Notes: generated by a model from the sequence alone, not told the origin. Shown: positions 33,858 through 43,408, numbered from the stretch's first letter. The stretch is DNA of 64,000 bases from an uncultured Candidatus Saccharibacteria bacterium (GCA_964589975.1 CAZPVH010000001.1:23214-87213), one strand, 5' to 3'. A program made the numbers and translations.

Positions 33858-34181
33858 TCAACGTTTGAGTACTTCGACATAGTCTGCGATTCCTTGTTCC
33901 CAGCGAGGATTAAACTCGGGCTGGTCAAAAGTTGCTCTGTAGCGCGGATGAAGATCTTCGCCAGTATTATGGTACGCATCCTTTTCATCGAGAACAACTA
34001 CTTCTGGAGATCCGAAACCGGCTTCACGAGCGAGTCTGTAAGCTTCAACGGCGCTCGGAATTTTCTTCATGCCCATAAGGAGACCGACAACGTTTGGAGC
34101 CTTCATGCCGTTACATCCAGCGACGATCTTCAGTTTGACCTTGTCGTCCTGGGTTATGGTAACAATACCTTGTGTTGCCAT
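33858..34181 (-). CDS. hypothetical protein, 107 aa
   Basis: ORF with TTGACT-N17-TATAAA promoter upstream. Confidence 0.55.
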   Translation of the reverse strand: MATQGIVTITQDDKVKLKIVAGCNGMKAPNVVGLLMGMKKIPSAVEAYRLAREAGFGSPEVVVLDEKDAYHNTGEDLHPRYRATFDQPEFNPRWEQGIADYVEVLKR

Positions 34182-34223
34182 GCGTTTTTGTTTTAGTAAG
34201 TGAGCTGAAAAGAACTTGGTATT

Positions 34224-34252
34224 TTATACCTCAATTATAGTTTTTAGTCAAG
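34224..34252 (-). promoter_or_regulatory. sigma70 promoter TTGACT-N17-TATAAA
   Basis: Minus strand: cTTGACTaaaaactataattgaggTATAAA. Confidence 0.5.
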
Positions 34253-34278
34253 CTCAATCCTGACCTAGAATAATTTTT

Positions 34279-34707
34279 CTAATTCTCTGGAGAAAATTCA
34301 ATTATCCACTCGATGCCGAATTTGTCTCGAAACATTCCAGCATATGTGCCCCAAGGACTCTGGTCCATGGACATCTCGACTGTTCCGTCCACAGAAAGAC
34401 CAGCGAATATTCTATCAGCCTCTTCTTTGCTTTCCGCTTTTATTAAGATCTTGCTTCTGTTTTCGTTTTCATTAACTTTTCCCATAATCTCGGGAACATC
34501 ATTTGCGATCAAAATATTGCTTTTGCCAATAGGCAATGCAATATACATTATTTTATTTTCCTCCTGTTCTGCGACAGGGAACTCAGCACTTGCAATATCT
34601 TTAAAACGCACAATTTTTGTAAATTCAGTACCGAAGACCGATTTATAAAATGTAAATGCCTCGAAGGCGTTCCCGTTAAAGTTAATCCAAGGATTAATTG
34701 TTGTCAT
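34279..34707 (-). CDS. VOC-family protein, PhnB-like (second copy)
   Basis: MTTINPWINFNGNAFEAFTFYKSVFG... signature. Confidence 0.75.
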   Translation of the reverse strand: MTTINPWINFNGNAFEAFTFYKSVFGTEFTKIVRFKDIASAEFPVAEQEENKIMYIALPIGKSNILIANDVPEIMGKVNENENRSKILIKAESKEEADRIFAGLSVDGTVEMSMDQSPWGTYAGMFRDKFGIEWIIEFSPEN

Positions 34708-34722
34708 GGGTTATATAGTTGA

Positions 34723-35103
34723 TTAAGCTTCCACGATCGGCTTGAAACCTCCGACAGCAAACCTTTTCATATCAACCGGCATATCCTTTGGATCAAAATT
34801 TTTCATGCTCGGATCATTCATAACTTTTTTATTTACTTCGTCCCGGTGGGCGCGGGATTTGTAGACTATCCATGAGAAAATAACAGTTTCGTCAGCCTTA
34901 AGTCCCGCAAGCTTCATGAATCCTTTCTGTGGCATTCCTTTTTTAATTTTTAGGTCATCTCCAACGCATTCAAAATACTCCAAGGCGCCGTTCTTTTTCC
35001 ACATCTTGGCTCCCCATACTGCCATCTTTTTATAAGCCGCCAAATCTTTCTTCTTTATTGGTATTACAAAACCATCTACATATTTTGTGCCTTTCGTGTT
35101 CAT
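34723..35103 (-). CDS. DUF1428-family protein
   Basis: YVDGFVIPIKKKDLAAYKKMA...VIFSWIVYKSRAHRDEVNKKVM matches DUF1428. Confidence 0.7.
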   Translation of the reverse strand: MNTKGTKYVDGFVIPIKKKDLAAYKKMAVWGAKMWKKNGALEYFECVGDDLKIKKGMPQKGFMKLAGLKADETVIFSWIVYKSRAHRDEVNKKVMNDPSMKNFDPKDMPVDMKRFAVGGFKPIVEA

Positions 35104-35135
35104 GAGCCAATTATATCAAAAACTGAAACTATGTG

Positions 35136-35207
35136 CTCCCCGGGTAGGGATCGAACCTACGACCTTAGAGTTAACAGCTCTCTGCTCTACCGCTGAGCTA
35201 CCGGGGA
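35136..35207 (-). tRNA. tRNA-Asn (anticodon GUU)
   Basis: Reverse complement folds as a cloverleaf: acceptor UCCCCGG/CCGGGGA, U8, D-arm GCUC..GAGC, anticodon loop CUGUUAA, T-arm GUAGG-UUCGAUC-CCUAC, discriminator G. U1:A72 as in E. coli tRNA-Asn. CCA not encoded. Confidence 0.9.
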
Positions 35208-35285
35208 ATACAGGGGGAATATTAGCAAATAAAGCCCAAAAAGCCAATAAGGAGACACTAGATCTTTTTGGTATAATTCCTCCAC

Positions 35286-35687
35286 ATGGGCAAACTTTTG
35301 GTCACAATTGTCGAGAAACTCAAAAGGGTATTTCAGTGCAAGACGTATCATGTCGAGACTGCTTTCGTGGCCGTCCTTTTGGCTGTTGGGGTAATTCTCT
35401 CCGACGGAGGATATATTGAATGGCTTGGCGCGTTTGCGGTCCTACTTACCTTCGGACACGCCTCGGTTGCCGACAGGCTTGCCGAGGTCCAGGCTGAGAA
35501 ACCAGTCGATCAGGTAGAAGTTTCCTGCTTTTATAAATTGAAGCGTTATTACTACGGTAAAGAGATTCTCTGGCTCGCTTATTTTGTACTTCTTCATGCT
35601 TGGTCGGCGCTTATTGGCGTCTTTGTCTTTATGCTTTACGTCCCGTGGCGCAGGCTTTGGCGAAAGTATCATTCGAGAAAGAAATAG
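35286..35687 (+). CDS. small membrane protein, 133 aa
   Basis: 3-4 TM helices. Confidence 0.55.
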   Translation: MGKLLVTIVEKLKRVFQCKTYHVETAFVAVLLAVGVILSDGGYIEWLGAFAVLLTFGHASVADRLAEVQAEKPVDQVEVSCFYKLKRYYYGKEILWLAYFVLLHAWSALIGVFVFMLYVPWRRLWRKYHSRKK

Positions 35688-35693
35688 GATTGT

Positions 35694-36011
35694 ATGAACT
35701 TACTGGAATCTATAGAAAAAATTCCGGACATGATCATGCCTGACCTTCAGGCATACAGTAGCAGTCTTTATTTTATCTGGAGGGAGGTGTGTCATATTGT
35801 CGGGTCTGTGGCGCTGATAGTCGTTTCGTATGTTCTTTCTGTCTGGATCGGACACGATGTAAAGCCGATCATTTTTGTGGCGCTGCTCGTTTGGATGACG
35901 TATCAGGAATTTGTCCTTCATCCTAGGAAATACGGCCAAAAGCTTTCAAAGGGGATAATAGACTGGCTAGCCTGGGTGGCTCCATTCGCAATATATTTGG
36001 CAATGGTATAA
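35694..36011 (+). CDS. small membrane protein, 105 aa
   Basis: 3 TM helices. Confidence 0.55.
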   Translation: MNLLESIEKIPDMIMPDLQAYSSSLYFIWREVCHIVGSVALIVVSYVLSVWIGHDVKPIIFVALLVWMTYQEFVLHPRKYGQKLSKGIIDWLAWVAPFAIYLAMV

Positions 36012-36050
36012 TAGATCAAACGCAATTATTAATTTAAAAAACTAATATTC

Positions 36051-36191
36051 ATGTCACTCATTACTGTCGCAGAAATCGTATTTTTCTTGGTGTACGGCAT
36101 AAGCCGTTTTTATCCATTCAAGCATTCAGATAAAGTGAGCGCGATCGCGGCTATTGTTGTCGGCGTACTTCTTCTTATCGGATATTACTAA
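36051..36191 (+). CDS. 46-aa membrane micro-protein (MSLITVAEIVFFLVYGISRFYPFKHSDKVSAIAAIVVGVLLLIGYY)
   Basis: Two hydrophobic helices; below the track cutoff; read by hand. Confidence 0.35.
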   Translation: MSLITVAEIVFFLVYGISRFYPFKHSDKVSAIAAIVVGVLLLIGYY

Positions 36192-36228
36192 TACAGGATT
36201 TACATTATTAAATAGCAAAAATATTCAT

Positions 36229-36597
36229 ATGTCTAAAGGCTGGAAGATCACTTTTTATATTTCAACAATCCTATTATCACTCAGCATGCTCTGGGGCGGT
36301 TTCTTGGACGCATCGAAGAATGAGTTGGCTGTTGCCGGCATTGTGTCCCTTGGTTACCCTGTATACTTCGCCGTTATTATTGGCGTTGCAAAGATCCTGG
36401 GTGTCGTCGGCATTTGGCAGAATAAAGTAAAGTGGCTGAAGAGCTGGGCGTATGCAGGATTCGTCTTTGATACTCTGGGCGCTACCATTTCAACTCACGC
36501 GGCTGGCTTCCCGATCATGCTCGCCTTTCCTGCGATCTTGAGTCTCATAATCGTTCTCATTTCCTTTGCTTCAGCGCGAAAGCTTGGCCGGGTCTAG
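36229..36597 (+). CDS. DoxX-like membrane protein
   Basis: 4 TM helices. Start set at ATG 36229 (MSKGWKITFYIS...). Confidence 0.5.
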   Translation: MSKGWKITFYISTILLSLSMLWGGFLDASKNELAVAGIVSLGYPVYFAVIIGVAKILGVVGIWQNKVKWLKSWAYAGFVFDTLGATISTHAAGFPIMLAFPAILSLIIVLISFASARKLGRV

Positions 36598-36606
36598 TTT
36601 TATTTT

Positions 36607-36885
36607 ATGGAATTTCAGGCCCACATTGCAGCCGTAAAGCCTCTAACCGCACTCATAGTTTTTGTCATCTATGTTCTTGTAGACGGAATGTATGCGTACT
36701 ATACACTTGAGGTTACGAAGCGGCGCCCTTACTCTGCCGCAAGCATTGCAGCGCTGATGCATTTTTTGCTTGCGTATGGCGTTATTAACTATACCGAAAA
36801 CTACGGATATATAATTCCGCTTGCTTTGGGCTCATGGGTAGGGACTTTTATCGTCGTCAGAAGAGAGCAAGCCCTAAAAAATTAA
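36607..36885 (+). CDS. small membrane protein, 92 aa
   Basis: 2-3 TM helices; abuts ddl. Confidence 0.5.
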   Translation: MEFQAHIAAVKPLTALIVFVIYVLVDGMYAYYTLEVTKRRPYSAASIAALMHFLLAYGVINYTENYGYIIPLALGSWVGTFIVVRREQALKN

Positions 36886-37740
36886 ATGACCGCTGTTGCT
36901 ATTATTACTGGCGGAGAATCTGCCGAACGGGATGTATCTATCAAATCTGCAGAAAATGTGCGGCTAAATATTGATTTTGCCGATGTGCAAATATTTACTT
37001 TTCCTGCAGAACGAGAAAAGTTTATTGCTGGTTACAAAGAGTTTGATATTGTCATCCCGATGATTCACGGTGTTGGCGGGGAAGACGGAGAGCTTCAAAC
37101 TCTTCTAGGGTCTTTGAATTTGCCGTATATATTTTCTGAACCAGACGCTCATGCAAAGGGGATAGATAAAAAGAGGACAAAAGAAATTGCGGCGGATGTC
37201 GGCATAAAATCTCCAAAAGAAACTAACGCCTTTCCACTGTTTGCAAAACCTCGCTTTGGCGGCTCTTCTGTTGCGTCAAAAGTTTGTAATTCGAAAGAAG
37301 AATTAGAGAAATTGATGCTCGAAAATCCTGGAACTGAGTTTATGCAAGAAGAAATAATCCGGGGTAAGGAAATGACGGTTGGAATCGTTGAATTTAGGGG
37401 GGAAGTAATAGCATTGCCGATCATAGAAATAATTCCAAAAAGTGGATTTTTCGATTTTGAGAACAAATATAATCCAGAAAAGCTCGCCGAGGAAATTTGT
37501 CCGGCAGAAATTGATGCGGGGCTTGAAGCGGAACTAAAAAGCCAGGCGCTTCTCATCCATCAAAAAATTGGTGTTAGGCACATCTCCAGATCTGATTTTA
37601 TTGTAGCGCCTTCGGGTGATATTTATTTCCTGGAAATTAATACTATTCCCGGCATGACGGAAACCTCACTCGTTCCAAAGATGTTAAAAACCGCAGGAAT
37701 CAATCTATCAACATTACTCAAGGAATGGTGTAAAATGTAG
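36886..37740 (+). CDS. ddl: D-alanine--D-alanine ligase (compact, 284 aa)
   Basis: ATP-grasp fold; EINTIPGMTETSLVPKM C-terminal motif. Confidence 0.9.
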   Translation: MTAVAIITGGESAERDVSIKSAENVRLNIDFADVQIFTFPAEREKFIAGYKEFDIVIPMIHGVGGEDGELQTLLGSLNLPYIFSEPDAHAKGIDKKRTKEIAADVGIKSPKETNAFPLFAKPRFGGSSVASKVCNSKEELEKLMLENPGTEFMQEEIIRGKEMTVGIVEFRGEVIALPIIEIIPKSGFFDFENKYNPEKLAEEICPAEIDAGLEAELKSQALLIHQKIGVRHISRSDFIVAPSGDIYFLEINTIPGMTETSLVPKMLKTAGINLSTLLKEWCKM

Positions 37741-37742
37741 TC

Positions 37743-37955
37743 ATGAGAAAATTTTGGACAATTTTAATAATACTCGTCGTCGTGTTCTTTTTCCCGAAGC
37801 CGTTTCAATCGAGTCCGGGGTTTACAACGCCTGAGTATGCGCAGAACTTTGAGGCGAATAAAAAGCATTGCGCCGGCTTTGAGATACTTACGAACGCGGA
37901 GCAAATGGCCGCAGATGCTCCGGGCAAGAGCCTGTGTTTCGGCTGGCTTTACTAA
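37743..37955 (+). CDS. small secreted/membrane protein, 70 aa
   Basis: N-terminal hydrophobic segment. Confidence 0.45.
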   Translation: MRKFWTILIILVVVFFFPKPFQSSPGFTTPEYAQNFEANKKHCAGFEILTNAEQMAADAPGKSLCFGWLY

Positions 37956-37970
37956 TTAATCAAAATTCTT

Positions 37971-38486
37971 ATGAACGAAGAACATAAAAGCATGTCGCCG
38001 CTTACCGCTCTTATCCTCGGGCTTTCCGGTATCATCATTGCAGCCATAATTGTGGGTGGAGTTGTGGCGAACAAGGGACTTGAGAAGATCGATGACCCAG
38101 AGGCGTTCGTCGAGAATCTGGAAAATCAGTATGAGGGAATTGGCGGCAATGGTCCGAGTATTGATGAGGCAAAAGATTTCGTGAACACGAACTGGTCTGA
38201 TTTGGCTTCAGGGATTCCAAATTGCGAAGATGGAGCAGAAGTATGTCCGAGTATCATGGTAGGCGTTAGCGCAAAGTATAATGACAGGACTGGCAGAATG
38301 TTTAACTACATTACCGCCGAGGTTGTTGGTTTTGGAGATGATTCATATGCGGGATATGGCCGAGAAGCGTCTGTTAAAAGGGTTGGTGATTCGTGGGTCT
38401 ACACTTCCGAAGGGTCATATGCTTACACCAGCTTCAAGCTGTGCCGCAACATGCAGAGATATCCGGAAGGTGCTTCTTGCCCTTAA
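37971..38486 (+). CDS. membrane-anchored hypothetical protein, 171 aa
   Basis: N-terminal TM, then a hydrophilic domain with 4 Cys. Confidence 0.6.
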   Translation: MNEEHKSMSPLTALILGLSGIIIAAIIVGGVVANKGLEKIDDPEAFVENLENQYEGIGGNGPSIDEAKDFVNTNWSDLASGIPNCEDGAEVCPSIMVGVSAKYNDRTGRMFNYITAEVVGFGDDSYAGYGREASVKRVGDSWVYTSEGSYAYTSFKLCRNMQRYPEGASCP

Positions 38487-38566
38487 TATAAGGTCTAAAT
38501 AAGGGCTGGCGGGCGGATTCGGGGGTGTGATAAAATAGAATATTAGAAGTTTAATTCAATAATCCT

Positions 38567-38968
38567 ATGAATATAAACATCAAGGCCAGAAATATAGACC
38601 TAACCTCCGAGATAAAGGATTACGTAAACGAAAAGTTTGATTCTCTCCATAAATTCCTTCCGCGCACGAGCGACGGCGTATTGTTCGTGGAGATCGGCAA
38701 AGATTCTAATCATCATCAAAACGGGGAAGAATTGTTCAAATGCGAGCTTCGATTTAGCATGAACGGCAAAGATATTTTTGTTGAAGATTCAAGCGCCGAA
38801 TTATTTGCTGCGGTTGATTTGGTTCGCGATGAAGCCATTCGCGAGATAAAAGAAAAGAAAGAAAAATCTCAGACGCTTTTCGTCCGCGGCGCCAGGAAAA
38901 TTAAAAAAAGAATCAAAGGCATGAAGCCGTGGTGGCCATTTAGCGGTAAAGAAGTAAAAGAAGAATAA
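38567..38968 (+). CDS. hpf: ribosome hibernation promoting factor / RaiA family
   Basis: MNINIKARNIDLTSEIKDYVNEKFDSLHKF matches the sigma-54 modulation/RaiA fold. Confidence 0.85.
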   Translation: MNINIKARNIDLTSEIKDYVNEKFDSLHKFLPRTSDGVLFVEIGKDSNHHQNGEELFKCELRFSMNGKDIFVEDSSAELFAAVDLVRDEAIREIKEKKEKSQTLFVRGARKIKKRIKGMKPWWPFSGKEVKEE

Positions 38969-38971
38969 AAG

Positions 38972-39005
38972 CAAAAGCCCTGGCATACGCCGGGGCTTTG
39001 CAATG
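38972..39005. terminator. bidirectional terminator (aagccctggcatacgccggggctt)
   Basis: Hairpin between convergent genes. Confidence 0.6.
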
Positions 39006-39899
39006 CTAGGTCTTGTAAATTTCTTCCAAGACTTCATGATAGAACACAATAAGTCCGACCAAAAGCGATGTCTGCTGGCAGGCGCCATCAACGTTGTGGC
39101 ACGAAAACCCTTCGTCCAAGATATTGCCCATGGCGTAATGATCGGCCGCTAAATTGCAGGCATTACTTGGAACATCCAGAAAGAATCCGACATTTCCAAT
39201 CTCTACCCGGCATGATGGGTCGCTGCGGGTGGGCATGATGTGGCTGTAGGTAGCCTTCATGGCTTTTAGCGCTTTCGGGAAGTCGGTCTGTCTGTAGCCC
39301 GGTATGGCGTCGTACTTTTTCTTTAGCGTCATGCATGCCTCCGAAAACCAGGTACTCATTTCTCCGCCTATCGGCGCGCTACCCTTGATATGGGTTACGA
39401 CATCGATCAGGAGGTCCTGGGATTCTGCGAATTTCTTTTCGTCAAGAAAAACGCAGTACAGATACCACAAGAGAAGCGAAAGAGATTCGATAGTTCGGCC
39501 TATCGAAACCGGAGGATCTAATCGGGCTTTCTTTGTGCCATAGCATTCGAAGCATTTCCTGCCTTCTATGACGTCGTCCTGACCGGTTCCGCCGCAATTA
39601 GGACACGGATCATTGGAATAAATCCAGTAGGGCGGAATGGCGAAAGCTATCCTCAGGAATCCGTCCTTGAATCCGCGGTTTATGGAGGTTCCCTCGAATC
39701 CCCAATTTTTCTCGAATGAATTCTCGAAAGGAAGATCTCCTCGCCGGTGCTTGGCTTTTATTATGAGACCCTCTTTTACTCCAACTCTTTTAGTTGCCTC
39801 AAGCAGGTCTTCTCGGATATGGACAACGATTGTCGGTACGGGCTTTCTTTCGTATGTCAGGTAATAAGCCTGACGCAACAGGTGTTCTTTCAGGCTCAT
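39006..39899 (-). CDS. hypothetical protein with DnaJ-type zinc-finger repeats (CPNCGGTG / CFECYGTK)
   Basis: 297 aa; two CxxCxGxG-type repeats 17 residues apart; no other recognised domain. Confidence 0.6.
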   Translation of the reverse strand: MSLKEHLLRQAYYLTYERKPVPTIVVHIREDLLEATKRVGVKEGLIIKAKHRRGDLPFENSFEKNWGFEGTSINRGFKDGFLRIAFAIPPYWIYSNDPCPNCGGTGQDDVIEGRKCFECYGTKKARLDPPVSIGRTIESLSLLLWYLYCVFLDEKKFAESQDLLIDVVTHIKGSAPIGGEMSTWFSEACMTLKKKYDAIPGYRQTDFPKALKAMKATYSHIMPTRSDPSCRVEIGNVGFFLDVPSNACNLAADHYAMGNILDEGFSCHNVDGACQQTSLLVGLIVFYHEVLEEIYKT

Positions 39900-39974
39900 G
39901 TGAATGTTCGGTTAGGTTTAGGGAGATTTTACAGGAAATAGGAAAAAGCGAAAGGCCCGCAGAGAGGACCTTTC

Positions 39975-40784
39975 TTAGACGTCTATTTCGGTTTTTCCTT
40001 CCGGAATAATTTTCTTGATGACAAATTTGTCGTTTTCAAAAGAGGCGAGTGTAACTTTGTTGCGTTTACCATTGTCAAAATAGAAAACCCCGGGCCAGCC
40101 GAAGTAGGCGCGGTATTTGCGCCATTTTGTAAGATCAGAATCGGTTGCGAGAAGTTCTCCGTCAGCTTTATTAACTTTTCCGCAATGTGTCGCCAAAGTT
40201 TCGTCCTGTTCCACAAGTTCTATCTCTTTAGACATATAGCGGGGAAGTGTTTCGAGCAGGAGTTCGCCGCCCATGTCGGTTAATCGTTCCTTGAGCTCCG
40301 GCGTCGTTACCTCATTATCAATCGGAAGTTCTTTTACGGCGACAATTGGTCCGGCATCGAGTTTGAAAACGAGTTTCTGGATAGCGACCCCAGTTTTATC
40401 ATCCCCATTCAGGATGGCTTGTTCTACGGGAGAAGCACCACGGTATTTGGGCAGAAGAGAATAATGGATGTTCAGCATGCCAAGCGGAAAGGCGTCGATG
40501 ACTGATTGAGGCAGAATTTTGCCGTATGCAACGACGATTCCGATATCGGCATCGATTGGCAAAATGCTACTTACTTTTTCCGGCTGGAGAATAGGAAGAC
40601 CGAGCTTTTCCGCCAATACTTTCACAGGGGACGGGGTCATGACATGCTTTCGGCCGACAGGCGCGTCAGGGTTCGTGACCACGGCAGAAATATTGTAACC
40701 GGCGTCAAAAAGTTTCTGCAGAATAGATGCAGAAACAGGCGGTGTGCCGAAAAAAATAATTTTAGAGTTCGGTGTTGGTGTCAT
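39975..40784 (-). CDS. fmt: methionyl-tRNA formyltransferase
   Basis: Formyltransferase motifs (IHYSLLPKYRGASP); overlaps the def 3' end by 23 nt. Confidence 0.9.
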   Translation of the reverse strand: MTPTPNSKIIFFGTPPVSASILQKLFDAGYNISAVVTNPDAPVGRKHVMTPSPVKVLAEKLGLPILQPEKVSSILPIDADIGIVVAYGKILPQSVIDAFPLGMLNIHYSLLPKYRGASPVEQAILNGDDKTGVAIQKLVFKLDAGPIVAVKELPIDNEVTTPELKERLTDMGGELLLETLPRYMSKEIELVEQDETLATHCGKVNKADGELLATDSDLTKWRKYRAYFGWPGVFYFDNGKRNKVTLASFENDKFVIKKIIPEGKTEIDV

Positions 40785-41274
40785 CGTCTTTTGCTTTTCT
40801 TACGTTTGTGGCTTTGTCAGTAAAGAGTATTCCGTCCAAGTGATCGATCTCGTGCTGGAAAATGCGCGAGAGGAGCCCTGTCGCTTTTTTTGTTGCTGGA
40901 TTTCCATTGACATCGAGGTAATCTATGGAAACAGTCGCATGGCGTTTGACCATGCCGTATAGATTCGGGATTGAAAGACAGCCTTCTTCAGCTATGACAA
41001 GCTTTCGTGATTTCTTTACTATGACAGGATTGATGAAATACTCGTCTGCTGGAGCTGGCTTGCCTTCCTTTTTCCAAATCTTACCTGACACCACGAAAAC
41101 TCGTTCGTTGATCGCGATCTGGGGAGCCGAAAGGCCAACGCCGTCATCGCGGGTGGCCATGGATTTAGAAAGTTCCTCGAGTAGTTTCTGGAACTTGTCA
41201 GAAGTTACTTCTTTGGCAGAAACATCCTTGGAGACTTTTCTTAGCGCGGGATGCGGGATGGTAACGATCTCCAT
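40762..41274 (-). CDS. def: peptide deformylase
   Basis: GVGLSAPQI, EGCLSIP, QHEIDHL motifs. Confidence 0.94.
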   Translation of the reverse strand: MEIVTIPHPALRKVSKDVSAKEVTSDKFQKLLEELSKSMATRDDGVGLSAPQIAINERVFVVSGKIWKKEGKPAPADEYFINPVIVKKSRKLVIAEEGCLSIPNLYGMVKRHATVSIDYLDVNGNPATKKATGLLSRIFQHEIDHLDGILFTDKATNVRKAKDDDTNTEL

Positions 41275-41279
41275 GTGAC

Positions 41280-42587
41280 TTATTTTAATTTCTTAAGATA
41301 GTCGGCGAGCTTGTCGATAGAAACAGTTTTTTGAGAACGGTTTTCCATATCACGAACGATTACGGAATTTTCCAGAGCCTCTTTCTGGCCGAAGATAATT
41401 GTATAGGGAAGGCCGAGTTTCTCTGCAACAGCAAGCTGTGAACCCAAACTATCCTTCGCCAAAGCGTGCGTGACGGGAATCTTCGCTTCACGGAGAGTCT
41501 CGATGATGTTCATGCTCTTCATTTTGGCCTCGGAGCCGAGCTGGATGAAGTAAACCTTTTCTTTGCGCTTGATCTTCGGTAGAAATCTCTTGTCGGTCGC
41601 CTCCAGGATCCTGTCGACGCCGAGACCGAAGCCGACGCCAGGGATGTTTTTCTTGTAGCCCATGGACTTGGCCAGGTAGTCGTAGCGTCCGCCGCCTCCA
41701 AGAGCAATCTCACGGGTTTCTTCGGCCGCGCCGTCAGTTCCCGCAACTTTCTTCTCGCCGAAGAATTCGAAAACTGTGTGGGCGTAATAGTCGAGTCCCC
41801 GGACCAATGTGTGGTCAAGCTCGTAGTCAATATTCATTTCGTTTAGGTATTCCAAAACCTCCTTGAAGTGTTTCTTTGAAACGGCATTCAAGTAACTGAC
41901 GGACTGTGGCGCGCCGGCATTTATCTCAGCAATCTTTTCGTCTTTTGAATCGAGGATTCGCATCGGGTTAGACTTTAGGCGTTCGCGGTCAGTCGGACCC
42001 ATTTTGTTGATGAATTTTCGGTAATATGCGACAAGCTCCTTTAGGTAGTCCTTTCGACTTTCAGTGTCGCCGATGGAGTTAATTTTTACTCGGACATTCT
42101 TTATACCTGCCTCGCCAAGGATGATGAGAGCGATCTTGATCGTCATGGCATCAACAATGCTCTTTGTGCTGCCGAGGTTTTCGATTCCGAATTGATAGTG
42201 GTCTCTATAGCGCCCCTTTTGCGGTTTGTCGTGGCGATACATCTGTTCAAAGAAGTAGAGCTTTACCGGCTGTGGCCTGGATTGCATACCGTGCTCAATG
42301 TACGCGCGCATAACGCCAGCGGTATCTTCGGGCCGAAGCGCCAAGCGATCACCGCCCTTTGTTCTAAGACAGTAGATTTCCTTATCGACAATGTCAGTGC
42401 CTTCGCCGACTCCTTTTAGAAAGACTTCCTCGTGCTCTAGCACTGGTGTTTGGATAGGGGTGTAGCCGTAGTATTCGCAAACTTCCTGAGCCTTCTCAAA
42501 GAATCCCTGGTAGTTATAAAAAGTCTCGCCCTCCAGGTCCCGCATTCCGCGGGGAGCCTGCAAAAAATCTTTCTTTTCTTCTGACAT
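41280..42587 (-). CDS. hisS: histidyl-tRNA synthetase
   Basis: Class II aaRS motifs (RGMRDL, GGGRYD) and an anticodon-binding domain. Confidence 0.95.
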   Translation of the reverse strand: MSEEKKDFLQAPRGMRDLEGETFYNYQGFFEKAQEVCEYYGYTPIQTPVLEHEEVFLKGVGEGTDIVDKEIYCLRTKGGDRLALRPEDTAGVMRAYIEHGMQSRPQPVKLYFFEQMYRHDKPQKGRYRDHYQFGIENLGSTKSIVDAMTIKIALIILGEAGIKNVRVKINSIGDTESRKDYLKELVAYYRKFINKMGPTDRERLKSNPMRILDSKDEKIAEINAGAPQSVSYLNAVSKKHFKEVLEYLNEMNIDYELDHTLVRGLDYYAHTVFEFFGEKKVAGTDGAAEETREIALGGGGRYDYLAKSMGYKKNIPGVGFGLGVDRILEATDKRFLPKIKRKEKVYFIQLGSEAKMKSMNIIETLREAKIPVTHALAKDSLGSQLAVAEKLGLPYTIIFGQKEALENSVIVRDMENRSQKTVSIDKLADYLKKLK

Positions 42588-42627
42588 AATTAATTATTAT
42601 TTTAATACTCCAATAATCCGAGCGCCA

Positions 42628-43233
42628 CTACTCGCTGTAATGGTACTCTCCAGGATTAATGTCTAGGGTGTCTACAGGAAGGAGGCGAATCAGGGCCTTG
42701 CCGACAATGTTCTTTCTAGGAAGCACTCCCCATGTTCGTGAATCAGAACTCGCTATGCGGTTATCACCCATAACAAAGTATTCATCATCTTTTAATTCAA
42801 CAGACATGGTGTCGTGACTCTCTCTTTCCATATCGAGATATGGCTGATCCAGGATGAAGTCTTCTCCATCTGCCTTAGTGATCGTGATGGCGCCCTGCTT
42901 AATGGATATCGTCTCGTTAGGCATGCCTATGACCCTTTTTATGAAAAACTTAGACGGATCAAGAGGGTATTTGAAAATAACGACATCGCCGCGAGCTGGC
43001 TCTTCGAATCTGTATGAAATCTGGTCGACGATTAGATACTGATTGTCTTTGAAGGTCGGAAACATTGAAGACCCAGAAACTATAAAAGGCTGAGCTACCA
43101 GCATGCGGATAGGGAGGACAACTATGATGGCGATAAAGATGAAACGGAGGAGTTCCCAGAAGCCGTCTTTGCTTGCCGGCTTAGCCGGAAGCTCATTTGT
43201 GGGTTCTCTGTATTGATTTTCTTGGTCTATCAT
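42628..43233 (-). CDS. lepB: signal peptidase I
   Basis: S26 motifs SGSSMFPT and GDNRIASSDSR. Confidence 0.9.
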   Translation of the reverse strand: MIDQENQYREPTNELPAKPASKDGFWELLRFIFIAIIVVLPIRMLVAQPFIVSGSSMFPTFKDNQYLIVDQISYRFEEPARGDVVIFKYPLDPSKFFIKRVIGMPNETISIKQGAITITKADGEDFILDQPYLDMERESHDTMSVELKDDEYFVMGDNRIASSDSRTWGVLPRKNIVGKALIRLLPVDTLDINPGEYHYSE

Positions 43234-43258
43234 GGCGATATTATATCACGAAAAAGAC

Positions 43259-43367
43259 GCTCCGCAAAACCTAAATTTTCCTCACCCTGCGGGCCGTAAA
43301 CGCCCTCACGCTCCTAAACGTCGCTTCGGGAAGGTCCTCGGGATTCGGAAAATTTAGGTTTCGACTC
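43259..43367. repeat. imperfect inverted repeat (cgcaaaacctaaattttcc ... ggaaaatttaggtttcgactccgcaag) enclosing a ~55-nt GC-rich loop
   Basis: 15-nt perfect complementary arms plus a CTCCGCAA direct repeat, in the lepB/pth divergent intergenic region. Confidence 0.5.
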
Positions 43368-43408
43368 CGCAAGAAGGAAAAACGATAGGTGGGTGTATTT
43401 TTCAAAGG

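Noticed and set aside
35087-35419. 110-aa plus-strand ORF
   Set aside because: Runs across the tRNA-Asn gene.
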